Part shown: positions 39,001-47,996 of the stretch, in pieces
How the letters are laid out: each line of letters opens with the position of its first letter
Numbering within the stretch: position 1 is the stretch's first letter
Virus record (IMG/VR): IMGVR_UViG_3300042691_055965
Location: 1-64,000 of that record
Direction: 5' to 3' (one strand)
Length of the DNA stretch: 64,000 bases
The notes under the pieces: model-generated
Told to the model about the DNA's origin: nothing
The model's input: the letters and a program-made list of their open reading frames with translations, nothing else
Database searches by the model: none
Made by a program: the position numbers and the translations under genes

Positions 39001-41463
39001 ACAAACGACATCACAAATGTCGGAACGGTTGATGGTGTAACAGTATCTGCTCACGCAACAAGACATCAATTTGGTGGGTTAGACCCTGTTGGTTCTGTAA
39101 CACCATCAGCAAACGCAATACCATATGCCGATGTTAATGGGACACTCAATGATTGGGTGTCAACAGCATCAACAACCACTTTTGGTAAAGTAAAAACATC
39201 AAGTTCAAGCACTACTGTAGTTAGTGATAACGATTCAAGATTTTTGAATTCATTTACGGGTGGTTCATATTCTAATGGTACAATATCGTTCACGAATAAT
39301 TCAGGCGGAACCTACAATGTCACAGGTTTTTTCACAGGGGGAACTGATGTATTTGTTACAGGAGGAACGTATTCAAATGGAAGTGCAACATTTACAAATA
39401 ATACTGGTGGTACATTTAATGTAACAGGGTTTTATACAGGACAAACAAGTTATGTTAATTCATTGACAACGGGAACAGGTTTATCTGCGAATACAACAAC
39501 AGGTAATATTACAATTGTTAATACTAGTCCTGATCAAACAGTAGTTCTGAATAATGGAACAGGCATTTCAACAAGTGGAACTTATCCTAACTTTACTATC
39601 ACAAATACCGCACCCGATCAAACGGTAACAATATCAGGTGGAACAGGAATATTAACGGGGGGGACTTATCCTAATTTTACAATTACTAATACTGCGCCCG
39701 ATCAAACCGTTGTATTAAATAATGGTACAGGAATAAGTGTTACAGGCACATATCCAAGTTTTACAATATCATCAACAGGAAGTACTGGTGAAACATTTAC
39801 AGGTGGTACAGTTACAGGGAACACCGTGTTTACTCAAGGATTAACTGCAACAACTATATCTGCAACTACATATCAAAATCTTCCTACAGATATTAGAGTT
39901 ACTGGAGGGACATACAATAATTCAACAGGAACTGCGACATTTACAAATAATACGGGAGGTACATTTAATGTGTCAGGATTTATTACTGGAGGGACAAGTG
40001 GTGTTAGTGGTGATTACTTACCATTAAGTGGTGGAACGGTAACAGGGAACACCGTATTTACACAAGGACTGACAGGTAATACTATTAGTGGAACAAGTAT
40101 ATTTGTAGATACTATAGATTCGTTCAATAGAATACTTAGAGAATCAAATGGTGAAACAAGAGTTGTGTGGGGTGATGGTCAACTATATAACTCATCAATA
40201 CTAAAATTAGATTGGAACAATGGATATTTAAATGATTCTTCCGGAGTTTTATCTGTTGATTGGGAAAACATGCAACTTTTTGACACAGTCACACCTATTA
40301 TTTCTGTTGATTGGAGAACTAGAAATTTAATTGATGCTGGTGGTAATATAAAATTAGATTGGCAAACAGGTGTTCTTTCGGGAATGACGAATGTACAATC
40401 AACCACCATAAGTGCAACTACATATCAAAATTTACCTACGGATATTAGAGTAACAGGAGGAACATACGACAATTTAACAGGATCGGCAACATTTACAAAT
40501 AATACAGGTGGTACATTTAATGTTACAGGATTTAGTACAGGTGGTGGAGGAACTTTTACAGGTGGTACGGTAACAGGATCAACTGATTTTACAAATGGGT
40601 TAACCGCAAATACAATAAGTGCAACCACATACCTTAACATTCCATATATTACAGGAAATACTATTAGTGTTCAAGCAAGAAGAACAACACTTTATACTTT
40701 AACAAACACATTCACAAATATAACATTCAATGTTACAGATATTGAAAATGATTCTTCAGTTATTTCCCATGACAATGTAAATACCGGTAGAATTTATATG
40801 TATGAAAGTGGTTTGTATGAAATACATTATCATGGTGATGTTGGGCACGGTACTACCGCAAACGACTTTGAAACAAGATTGTATTTGAATGATTTATCAG
40901 TGATTAATGGTGGTAGTTTAAGTGGAAAAAGTTCAAGTACAGATAGGATTACTTTCGCATCAAATACTGTCTTTTCAGCGTCATCAGGTGATTACATAAC
41001 ATTACAAGCAAGATTTCCCGCCTTAACTAGTGGTTCTATAGGGAATCTTGTATTATCTGTTAAACAACTTAAAGGGTTAAAAGGTGACATAGGTGCAATA
41101 GGTCCACAAGGACCTCAAGGTACCGGATTATTTACGGGAGGAACAATATCAAGTCCTACCGAATTTACAAATGGGTTAACCGCAAATACAATAAGTGCAA
41201 CAACATATCAGAATTTACCTATACTTTCAATGAAATCTGATACTGTAGCTGCTGGAAGTTTTACAGGTAACCCAAAAAAATATACCGTAACGTTCACAAC
41301 CGCCTATCCGAATACAAATTACACCATAAGTATTACAGGTTCAGATAACAGAACATTTACATACGAATCAAAAGCAACTACAGGATTTGTTATAAACACA
41401 AATGCGAACACCGTTTTAACAGGAAATGTTGATTGGCAAACAATTGCAATTGGTGAATCTTAA
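36031..41463 (+). CDS. 1810-aa mosaic tail fibre/tailspike with putative pectin-lyase-like beta-helix
   Basis: VAKQNADFTSIKDAVDSI..YVITVGPGIFVE motif typical of beta-helix starts; many repeats shared with neighbouring fibres. Confidence 0.75.
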   Translation: MPINFPIPSFVGELYTFGQTTWEWSGEYWGVYSAQTGYVYSVTTSTGLSGDTTQGNITLLNTAPDQIVTISGGTGILTGGTYPNFTITNTAPDQLVTLSNGQYITISGTYPNFTIATTGITDNDKFTTGFTYNNNTFTLIDNSGNTLSATINDVTGLTINGDLTVTGSSFLNTITANTITNVDYIDFDITQTGTTSSPGRLFWDVNNRTLSVGMLSGVTQQIGEEQYYLVENQTTGTLLDGYVVRAVGTTGSSGKILIDYTIANGTIPAFTTLGVLTQTLLSGETGYVTSFGLVRNIDTTGAPYGETWSQGDILYVSPTILGGFTNVKPIVPNQDIIIAIVMELGVNGSIFVRPDVYRPFKDPQLLTVAKQNADFTSIKDAVDSIVGSSISNRYVITVGPGIFVEDEIDLTTTPYVSIVGSNIQTTLVVPSGSTQHVFKIGINNEISFLSISGASTGYAGIYCYDVGDFAQAHKISMYDCDTNVWVESDTQDTKFYGEYMDFNGTYTYGTRVVGNNGFLALANMENYFNFPTGSNITYCNHATGSGATINAFVCDNVSNGVSGTTAFLIQDGSQLNTSTVTCDGNTYGVRNPNIGSPVRFDIDNASFVDGEWDLYVESIGTFGTLGGSSNHQKIFTASENVYWAFLDIDDGEFDITRKASVTFTDGSHTDFTTLIFEGGTMGLISGGSITTISGFTVQADAGFGYLEKSDDSGIVRRIDWVNNQITLSANTDNYIYINENSNLVSSGTKPITSYNILLGRVITDSTGVEFIDLSPMKAQHTSNSFDSLFTEALGPIYSEGSIVTEGVTPFTIDVTQGDYHFSTNEFLPSGGTNINFIQYYRNGTGSTWVTSATTLVNNTQYDNNGTLTGLTAGYFTKHTLYTVGQGSYENYFLVIGQNEYTTLVEAEDALLPTPPTYFSDGVVQIANIYIEQGSSGITQVEDVRPTIGFRAGGVNASSVHGNLLGLAADDHIQYLLVSGARAMSGNLDMGTNDITNVGTVDGVTVSAHATRHQFGGLDPVGSVTPSANAIPYADVNGTLNDWVSTASTTTFGKVKTSSSSTTVVSDNDSRFLNSFTGGSYSNGTISFTNNSGGTYNVTGFFTGGTDVFVTGGTYSNGSATFTNNTGGTFNVTGFYTGQTSYVNSLTTGTGLSANTTTGNITIVNTSPDQTVVLNNGTGISTSGTYPNFTITNTAPDQTVTISGGTGILTGGTYPNFTITNTAPDQTVVLNNGTGISVTGTYPSFTISSTGSTGETFTGGTVTGNTVFTQGLTATTISATTYQNLPTDIRVTGGTYNNSTGTATFTNNTGGTFNVSGFITGGTSGVSGDYLPLSGGTVTGNTVFTQGLTGNTISGTSIFVDTIDSFNRILRESNGETRVVWGDGQLYNSSILKLDWNNGYLNDSSGVLSVDWENMQLFDTVTPIISVDWRTRNLIDAGGNIKLDWQTGVLSGMTNVQSTTISATTYQNLPTDIRVTGGTYDNLTGSATFTNNTGGTFNVTGFSTGGGGTFTGGTVTGSTDFTNGLTANTISATTYLNIPYITGNTISVQARRTTLYTLTNTFTNITFNVTDIENDSSVISHDNVNTGRIYMYESGLYEIHYHGDVGHGTTANDFETRLYLNDLSVINGGSLSGKSSSTDRITFASNTVFSASSGDYITLQARFPALTSGSIGNLVLSVKQLKGLKGDIGAIGPQGPQGTGLFTGGTISSPTEFTNGLTANTISATTYQNLPILSMKSDTVAAGSFTGNPKKYTVTFTTAYPNTNYTISITGSDNRTFTYESKATTGFVINTNANTVLTGNVDWQTIAIGES

Positions 41464-41465
41464 TT

Positions 41466-42176
41466 ATGGGGCATTTTATTTCAGATAGTATTATTTCAGA
41501 AGGGGGGTTAACAGCAACCACCGCAAATATAACAACAATTAGTGCAACCACAATTTCAGGTACAACCTTTTATGGTGATGGTTCTAATTTAACAAATGTA
41601 CCCATTAATGTTACATTAACATCAAGTCAAGATGCAATTGTTTTTAATAGTGGAAACACTTTTAGTGGTCACACAAGTTTGGAATATAGTGGAGGTAGTT
41701 TGTTAATAACAGGAACAACGAGAACAAATGGACAATTTTTTTACGGAAATAGTTCAGCGGGATTAAGGTTACAATGGTTTGGAACACAAACCGCAGGAAC
41801 TGCACCTGGTATTATATGGACAAATATGCCTGCGTTACCTACAACTTGGTTACATCAAACATCAGGAACATTAACAGGAGATGCAACATATATTGTAGAT
41901 TTAACTGAATACACACAGTTCAGGTTCACATTTCAAAGACAAGTCGCAGGGGCTGCGGCAAGTAACTTAGTAATACAATACTCATTAGATAATTCAACTT
42001 GGGAAGTCACTCCATTAGTAACTTTGGCTGTGGGTACTGGTACAGGAGCAAGGGATTCGGGGTGGACAACAATTCCTGTTGGTGCAAGAACTTTTATTTA
42101 TATCAGATTGGCTGGTGCGGGAGGTAATGGTACTGCCGACCCTCGTTTTTCACCACCAACAATTATATTCAGATAA
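41466..42176 (+). CDS. Fibre-associated protein, paralog A
   Basis: FISDSIISEGGLTA..; PGIIWTNMPA; PRFSPP C-terminus. Confidence 0.7.
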   Translation: MGHFISDSIISEGGLTATTANITTISATTISGTTFYGDGSNLTNVPINVTLTSSQDAIVFNSGNTFSGHTSLEYSGGSLLITGTTRTNGQFFYGNSSAGLRLQWFGTQTAGTAPGIIWTNMPALPTTWLHQTSGTLTGDATYIVDLTEYTQFRFTFQRQVAGAAASNLVIQYSLDNSTWEVTPLVTLAVGTGTGARDSGWTTIPVGARTFIYIRLAGAGGNGTADPRFSPPTIIFR

Positions 42177-42188
42177 TATTTATATAAT

Positions 42189-42902
42189 ATGGCAGAATTT
42201 ATTTCAGATAGTATCATTTCAGAGGGAGGATTAACAGCATCTACGTCAAGTATCACAACGTTAAGTGCAACAACTATTTCAGGATCAACTCTTTTTGGTG
42301 ATGGTTCGAATATTATAAACGTTAATGGTACAGCAACACCAGGAGGGGTTAATGGTTCGATACAATTTAATAATGGAGGACTTTTATCGGGTAGTACATC
42401 ATTATTATTTACGGGAAGTGAATTACAATTTACAGGTACGACAAGACTTAATGGGCAACTTTTTAGGACAAATAGTCCAAGTGTAAAGTTAGCCCACCAA
42501 TGGGGTGGTAGTATTGCCGCTGGTACAACTCCTGGAATTATTTGGACAAATATGCCTGCAGGTATTACAACTTGGTTACATACGACTACAGCAACACTAA
42601 CTCAAGATGCAACATATGTTACAGATTTGACTGAATACACACAATGTAGATTATTTACCTCAATGCAAGTTGCAGGTGCTGCGGCAAACACATTAATTGC
42701 TGTTCAATACGCAACAACTATAGGTGGTGTATATTCCACATTAGTGTCATTAACCATTGCAAATACAACAGGTGCGAAAGATACTGATTGGCAAACAATA
42801 CCTGTTGGTGCCAATGGGTTAGTATTTATTCGTCTTATTGGGCAAAATGGTGTATCAGGGACAAACCCAAGATTTTCACCTCCAATACTATTAATTAGAT
42901 AA
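42189..42902 (+). CDS. Fibre-associated protein, paralog B
   Basis: Colinear with 41466..42176 and shares the same motifs. Confidence 0.7.
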   Translation: MAEFISDSIISEGGLTASTSSITTLSATTISGSTLFGDGSNIINVNGTATPGGVNGSIQFNNGGLLSGSTSLLFTGSELQFTGTTRLNGQLFRTNSPSVKLAHQWGGSIAAGTTPGIIWTNMPAGITTWLHTTTATLTQDATYVTDLTEYTQCRLFTSMQVAGAAANTLIAVQYATTIGGVYSTLVSLTIANTTGAKDTDWQTIPVGANGLVFIRLIGQNGVSGTNPRFSPPILLIR

Positions 42903-42927
42903 TTTAGTTTGAAGTATTTATCTTAAT

Positions 42928-44064
42928 ATGGCAAATAAAAAAATATCAGAATTACCATACATACCAGAATCACAAATTTCAGGGAATACTTTAGTACCTT
43001 TGGTTACTTATTATTCTGCCACGACAGGTGATACTGTTCATACGTATGTTTCAGATTTACAAGATTATTTATTAAGTGGGCAAACAATCACTGGCGGAAC
43101 TTATTCTGCAGGTACTGCCACTTTTACAAATAGTAGTGGTGGTACATTTGATGTTACTGGTTTTACAAGTGGTACTAATTTTGCAAATACTGATTTAACC
43201 TTTACAGGAAATAGAACACATAACACAAATAACAATTATTTGTGGTTACAAACAAATGGAACAACAAGTGGTTCTTCAATCTATATGGATTCCACAAATT
43301 GGATAGACGTAGGATTTAGTAATTCGATTTCTGTTGGTAATTTTACAAGATGGGAACCATCAATAGTAACTCACTACTACCAAACAATCGATAGATTAAA
43401 TTTAAAAAGCACGGAAACCGTTATCAATGAAACGGGTATCGATGTTGATTTTAGAGTTGAAAGTGACACAAATCCAAATATGTTATTTGTAGATGCAAGT
43501 ACAAACAGAGTGGGAATAGGTAAAAGTAACCCAACTGTGGAATTAGATATAAGTGGAGATACTACAAATTCAGGATTATTAAAATCAACTTCAATTTCAG
43601 CAACAACAGTTTCTGCAACCACAATAGTTTTAAGTGGTAGTGATATAACCTCATCTTGGACATCATATGTACCAACATGGTCATCAAATGGTATAACACA
43701 ACCAACCATAGGTGACGGTTCGATTACGGGAGCATACAAAGTTATTGGTAAAACGTGTTTTTATAGAGGTAAGTTACTTTTTGGAACAACAACATCAGGA
43801 GGGTCGGGAGCATGGGAAATTTCTTTACCTTTTACCGCCGCATCAGCAGACGGAGTTCAATTACCTGTTTCAATTTTGGATCAGGGTATTGATTGGTATC
43901 AAGGGTTAATGAATGGTTCTTACGGAGGTTTTACAACTAAAAGTTCAATACTCGCCCCATCAACATTATCCATAGGTAAAAGCTCAGGTTTGGATGCAAC
44001 TTTACCATTCACTTGGGGTAATAATGATTATTTTGTTTGGAATGGTTCTTACGAAATTGCGTAA
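42928..44064 (+). CDS. Tail fibre protein with receptor-binding-type tip
   Basis: MANKKISELP start; DFRVESD..LFVDASTNRVGIG; C-terminal WTSYVPTW..GAYKVIGKTCF..ISLPF. Confidence 0.7.
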   Translation: MANKKISELPYIPESQISGNTLVPLVTYYSATTGDTVHTYVSDLQDYLLSGQTITGGTYSAGTATFTNSSGGTFDVTGFTSGTNFANTDLTFTGNRTHNTNNNYLWLQTNGTTSGSSIYMDSTNWIDVGFSNSISVGNFTRWEPSIVTHYYQTIDRLNLKSTETVINETGIDVDFRVESDTNPNMLFVDASTNRVGIGKSNPTVELDISGDTTNSGLLKSTSISATTVSATTIVLSGSDITSSWTSYVPTWSSNGITQPTIGDGSITGAYKVIGKTCFYRGKLLFGTTTSGGSGAWEISLPFTAASADGVQLPVSILDQGIDWYQGLMNGSYGGFTTKSSILAPSTLSIGKSSGLDATLPFTWGNNDYFVWNGSYEIA

Positions 44065-44528
44065 ATCCTTTCTTTACTGCCAACAATTTGTTTGTACCAT
44101 TTACCCTTTTCATCTAACCACACATACGGATTTTCGGGATTTTCTATCCACCCATGTTTAGAATAATAATCCAAATCTTTTCGTAATAAATTTGCTCTAT
44201 GGGATGAATGAAATTCTTCATTTTCTAACCAATCGGGTAAAACAAATTCACCTTCAATTCTTTCATATTCCATAGTGTTTTTGAAACCACGCTCAACCCA
44301 CACATCGATGCAATCGTTATAGTATTGTTTTAGTGCATTTACATAAGGACGCCACATTACAGAACAAGGATGATTTAACCATCCCTTGTATGGTTTTCCA
44401 TCTTTTCGAAGTCTTCCTGTGATAGCGGATATAATTTGATATGCTTCGACACGTTGTTTACCCAAACGTTTGTTGTCTAAAGATTCTAAAGATTTTCTGA
44501 AATCGGAATATGGAAGGAATGTTTGCAT
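44049..44528 (-). CDS. MSMEG_6728-like / pyrimidine dimer DNA glycosylase (endonuclease V-like) family protein
   Basis: MQTFLP..LDNKRLGKQRVEAYQI, W.NHP..MW, SHRANLLRKD. Confidence 0.8.
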   Translation of the reverse strand: MQTFLPYSDFRKSLESLDNKRLGKQRVEAYQIISAITGRLRKDGKPYKGWLNHPCSVMWRPYVNALKQYYNDCIDVWVERGFKNTMEYERIEGEFVLPDWLENEEFHSSHRANLLRKDLDYYSKHGWIENPENPYVWLDEKGKWYKQIVGSKERIYAIS

Positions 44529-44532
44529 GATA

Positions 44533-44540
44533 CAAAGATA
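44533..44540 (-). promoter_or_regulatory. Bacteroidota -7 element TATCTTTG
   Basis: TAnnTTTG ending 4 nt before the ATG at 44528. Confidence 0.6.
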
Positions 44541-44566
44541 ATAAAATTTTTCTATAATTTTTAATA

Positions 44567-45232
44567 TTATTTTTTATTTTTCTTACTCATATATTTACCT
44601 AATTTCCATCCATTACTTAAATAAAAATTAATTTCATTAGGGTTTACCATTTTATTGTCCGTACCTTTAGTCATACACTTTTTACCATATACTGAATTTT
44701 TTTCCCCAACACCCGTACCTTTTTTCATTTCACTTAATTTTTTCTTTGTTTCATCGGTGTGTTTTTTTCCTTTCCAATCATAAAAATATTTTTTATCTCT
44801 TCTACCATCAAGATATTGTTGTTTATTCGCTTTACTTAATTTTTCTGAAAATTGTTTTCTATATTCGTCATCTTTCATTTTTTCTAAAAAGACTTCATTA
44901 CCCCGTTTACAGGTTTTTACCATATGGTTTTTATCAATGAATCCACCGCCCCCACCTAATTGTAGGTTCATACAAAGTTTTTCAGAAATCAACTGTTGAT
45001 TGACAATTTCTTTTTCTCTTTTTTTTAGAATTTCTCTGTTTTCACAAAACTCAATAATTTCTTTGATGTGATTTTCTTTTCCATGATAGTTTAATGAACG
45101 CCATAATCTTTTACCACTACCAAGATAACCATCGTTCAGTGTGTTGGTACTGTGCATACCAATATAATATTTGTTATTCAACAAACAAGTTGTTTTATAA
45201 ATGTAGTGATATTTTTTTTGTAGTCTCGCCAT
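44567..45232 (-). mobile_element. Free-standing GIY-YIG (Seg-like) homing endonuclease with NUMOD3-type tail
   Basis: YIYKTTC..KYYIGMH..YLGSG; GKKHTDETKKKLSE..GEKNSVYGK; minus-strand TATTTAT at 45248-45254. Confidence 0.8.
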
Positions 45233-45280
45233 ATCTATATTTTATATATAAATATGGCGATAAGTACAAAACTTCCGGCG

Positions 45281-45697
45281 TGGAGGTGCGGAGAGTCGAA
45301 CTCCGGTCCATAACATCCTGTCAGATAAGGACTACACGTTTAGGTTAAGGTTTTTCATACCTTCCAAAATATTTGGTTCCTATTTTGACATTGTTACCAA
45401 CAACTGTGTCGAGTTCACTTTTGTTACGGTAGCACTCTGAACGAGACCGTTTGTTTCTTTTCGGGTAGAAACCACACCTTTGTAAAGACTTCTGTTGCTA
45501 GGTTATATGTCCACCGACCCCCCGTTTCCGTGCTTAACTTAAGCTACAGTAACTTCTTCAGTTGAAATTAAACCAACCACTGAAAGGTTTTCTAAAACGT
45601 CGCCATTTGCAACTTGAATCAGTTTTTAAGGAGATTAATTCAGTCCCCACGTGCCCTTATTCTTCAGCCAATGCCTGTCAAATCCAAAACCACCCCC
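45281..45697 (-). ncRNA. ssrA: tmRNA (417 nt), tag ANGDVLENLSVVGLISTEEVTVA*
   Basis: 5' GGGGGTG..TTGGATTTGAC pairs with 3' CACCTCC-A including the G3:U70 Ala determinant; T-arm CCGGAGTTCGACTCTCCG; tag ORF 45610..45539. Confidence 0.92.
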
Positions 45698-45722
45698 ATA
45701 TTTTCAAAGAACTTTCTTAATA

Positions 45723-45730
45723 CAAATATA
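45723..45730 (-). promoter_or_regulatory. Bacteroidota -7 element upstream of the tmRNA
   Basis: TATATTTG about 25 nt upstream of the mature 5' end. Confidence 0.6.
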
Positions 45731-45773
45731 TGTATAATATTAAATATATCCAAATTTAAGTATATTTATTTAT

Positions 45774-46952
45774 ATGAAAAAAAGAAGAAAATTATTTGAA
45801 GACGAATCAGAAGAACTATCTGACTTCAAAAAAATTCTTGCAATAAATAAAAAAAGGATTTCTTATAGGGATGTTGACTTTTATAACTCAGAAGGTAAAG
45901 ATTTTTCAGATATTATTGAAATAACCCAAGACGGATTATTATTCACTTTCGATGGTGGACTTGTTGAATACTTACAGTTTTTCTTTCCTGACGAATTTGA
46001 AGAAGGTTCTGATAGTTACTATGATGCTCAAATGTATGATTATATGTATGCCGGAAATTATGATTGGTATTCTGAATTTTCTGACAGATATTATGATGAT
46101 TGGGGTGAAGGATACATATTGGATGCCTTGAATGACAATCAAGTAGATAAATTGAAAGAAATTGTATCCATAGTTTCACCCACAATGGTTAATTATTTTT
46201 ATACTTCAGATCAGGGAAGAAAAAAAATAGGTAGAGATAGTAATGAAGTACAAAAAATTATTGATTTATTGACTACATTAGGTTTTGAAAGTTCTTTTCT
46301 AGATGCATACATTGAAGGAAGTGTTTCTGCGGTTAGAAACAGTGCTGCTGAATATATAAAAGACATATATTGTAATTGTTTAAAAGAAGCTATTGGGCTT
46401 GAAAACTACAGCCAAAGATACTGTTTTTGGAAATACGAATTATCTTGGGGTGATATAGTTTTGTTATATGCTAGATTTGGTTCACCAGAAGATAATCTTT
46501 ATGATTTACTTTTTGAAGCAATAAAAAAATCAAGCATAAAACATGCACCTGAACATTATGAAATTCAACATTATGTTTGGGACAATCAAAGATTTAGTGA
46601 AACTTTCAATCCAGAAATGGATAACATTTTAGATAATAAGTATGATGAAATTTTGGATGACGAAGAGTATTCAAAAGATTATATTGACGTATTAAATAAA
46701 GTTTCATTAATTGGTGGTACTGATAGTTGGATTAAATCGAAAAATGGTAAGTATCAAATTCGTATATTAAAGATAGACCCAAAAACTTTAAAAATAGATT
46801 ATTCTGTTTCTGACAAAAGTAACAATTGGAGTTCTAAAAAAGGAAGAACAACTATTGATGAGTTAATTAATTTGTTAAACTATGAAAGTTTGTTCCATCC
46901 TTCAGAATTTCGGGAACAGTTATTAAGGAAGTTTAGAAATTCTATCCTTTAA
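45774..46952 (+). CDS. Acidic hypothetical protein
   Basis: 392 aa; overlapping TATTTAT copies at 45763-45773. Confidence 0.75.
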   Translation: MKKRRKLFEDESEELSDFKKILAINKKRISYRDVDFYNSEGKDFSDIIEITQDGLLFTFDGGLVEYLQFFFPDEFEEGSDSYYDAQMYDYMYAGNYDWYSEFSDRYYDDWGEGYILDALNDNQVDKLKEIVSIVSPTMVNYFYTSDQGRKKIGRDSNEVQKIIDLLTTLGFESSFLDAYIEGSVSAVRNSAAEYIKDIYCNCLKEAIGLENYSQRYCFWKYELSWGDIVLLYARFGSPEDNLYDLLFEAIKKSSIKHAPEHYEIQHYVWDNQRFSETFNPEMDNILDNKYDEILDDEEYSKDYIDVLNKVSLIGGTDSWIKSKNGKYQIRILKIDPKTLKIDYSVSDKSNNWSSKKGRTTIDELINLLNYESLFHPSEFREQLLRKFRNSIL

Positions 46953-47975
46953 CATTTCATAAAGAGATATACAATCTTCATTTGAAATGAAAATTGATGT
47001 ATCCACATCCATTAAAATAATACCATCTTCATATTCAGACACATCAATTTCTTCGAACTGATGGTGGGTATTTTCATTTAATTCAATTAAAGAATTCATC
47101 ACGGTTTGATTGGTATATACTATTGGTTTATATTCATATTCATATTTTTTCAAACCAAGAACATCAACCATATTTAACCCTGCGGTTAATGCTTTTTGAA
47201 CATCTTCTAATGAAATAAATTCTTGTGATGAATGCATGTTATAATATCCACAGGACATATTGATGCAAGATACATTAATTTTCTTTTTTAATTGTGAAAT
47301 GTCCGTATAAGGGTGTGATTGAACAAGCATTTCATTTCCAAATGATTTTTCAATTGTTGAAATAACTTTTTCATAAAATTCACTATTTCTATCAAATAAT
47401 CGAACTCCCGAGCATATCTCGGTAATTAAATGATTTCCTGGTGCATCATATTGTGTGATATAACCAACATCTTGTAAAAAATCTTCATCACATTTTTGTG
47501 AACCGTGGCAACCTGTTTCTTCTGAAACAAAAAGTCCAACTTTTACTTTGTCCAATCTTTTTAAAAGTTCCAAACAAATAAAAATTCCACATTTGTCGTC
47601 ACCACCAATACCTGTTGGGTTTCCATGTACATCATATGCTTTCAAACAATCAACCTTTTCACTTGTAAAAACTTTTCCAAACGTTGCGGGTCTTGTAAGT
47701 TTTTCTTTTTTTACAATTATTTTATCAATTTTGTGGTGAACGGTGTCTGTGTGAGCAACAAACATTGGGTAGAACTCTCCGTCAGAAAGTTCACCCTTTG
47801 TTGCATATATATTCATCATATTGTCCCGATAATATTTGACACCGGGAATCGTATCAAGTTCATTACAAAGATATTCAACCATATCTTCTTCTTGATACGT
47901 TTTTGATGGAACTGAAAGAAGTTCTTTAAATTTTTCTAAATTGTACACAGATATATATTTTTTATAAAAATACAA
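46923..47975 (-). CDS. M28/M20-family metallo-aminopeptidase-like protein
   Basis: VAHTDTVH, IGGDDKCG, SEETGCHGS, YTD, GYYNMHS; true start may be GTG at 47948. Confidence 0.85.
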   Translation of the reverse strand: MYFYKKYISVYNLEKFKELLSVPSKTYQEEDMVEYLCNELDTIPGVKYYRDNMMNIYATKGELSDGEFYPMFVAHTDTVHHKIDKIIVKKEKLTRPATFGKVFTSEKVDCLKAYDVHGNPTGIGGDDKCGIFICLELLKRLDKVKVGLFVSEETGCHGSQKCDEDFLQDVGYITQYDAPGNHLITEICSGVRLFDRNSEFYEKVISTIEKSFGNEMLVQSHPYTDISQLKKKINVSCINMSCGYYNMHSSQEFISLEDVQKALTAGLNMVDVLGLKKYEYEYKPIVYTNQTVMNSLIELNENTHHQFEEIDVSEYEDGIILMDVDTSIFISNEDCISLYEMLKDRISKLP

Positions 47976-47996
47976 AAAATTTTATTAATAACAAAA

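Noticed and set aside
29416-44064. Diversity-generating retroelement acting on the fibre genes
   Set aside because: No reverse transcriptase in the window; repeat copies differ at synonymous positions rather than specifically at adenines
45281-45310. tRNA gene suggested by the T-arm GTTCGACTC
   Set aside because: It is the 3' tRNA-like domain of the tmRNA; no separate cloverleaf found by eye
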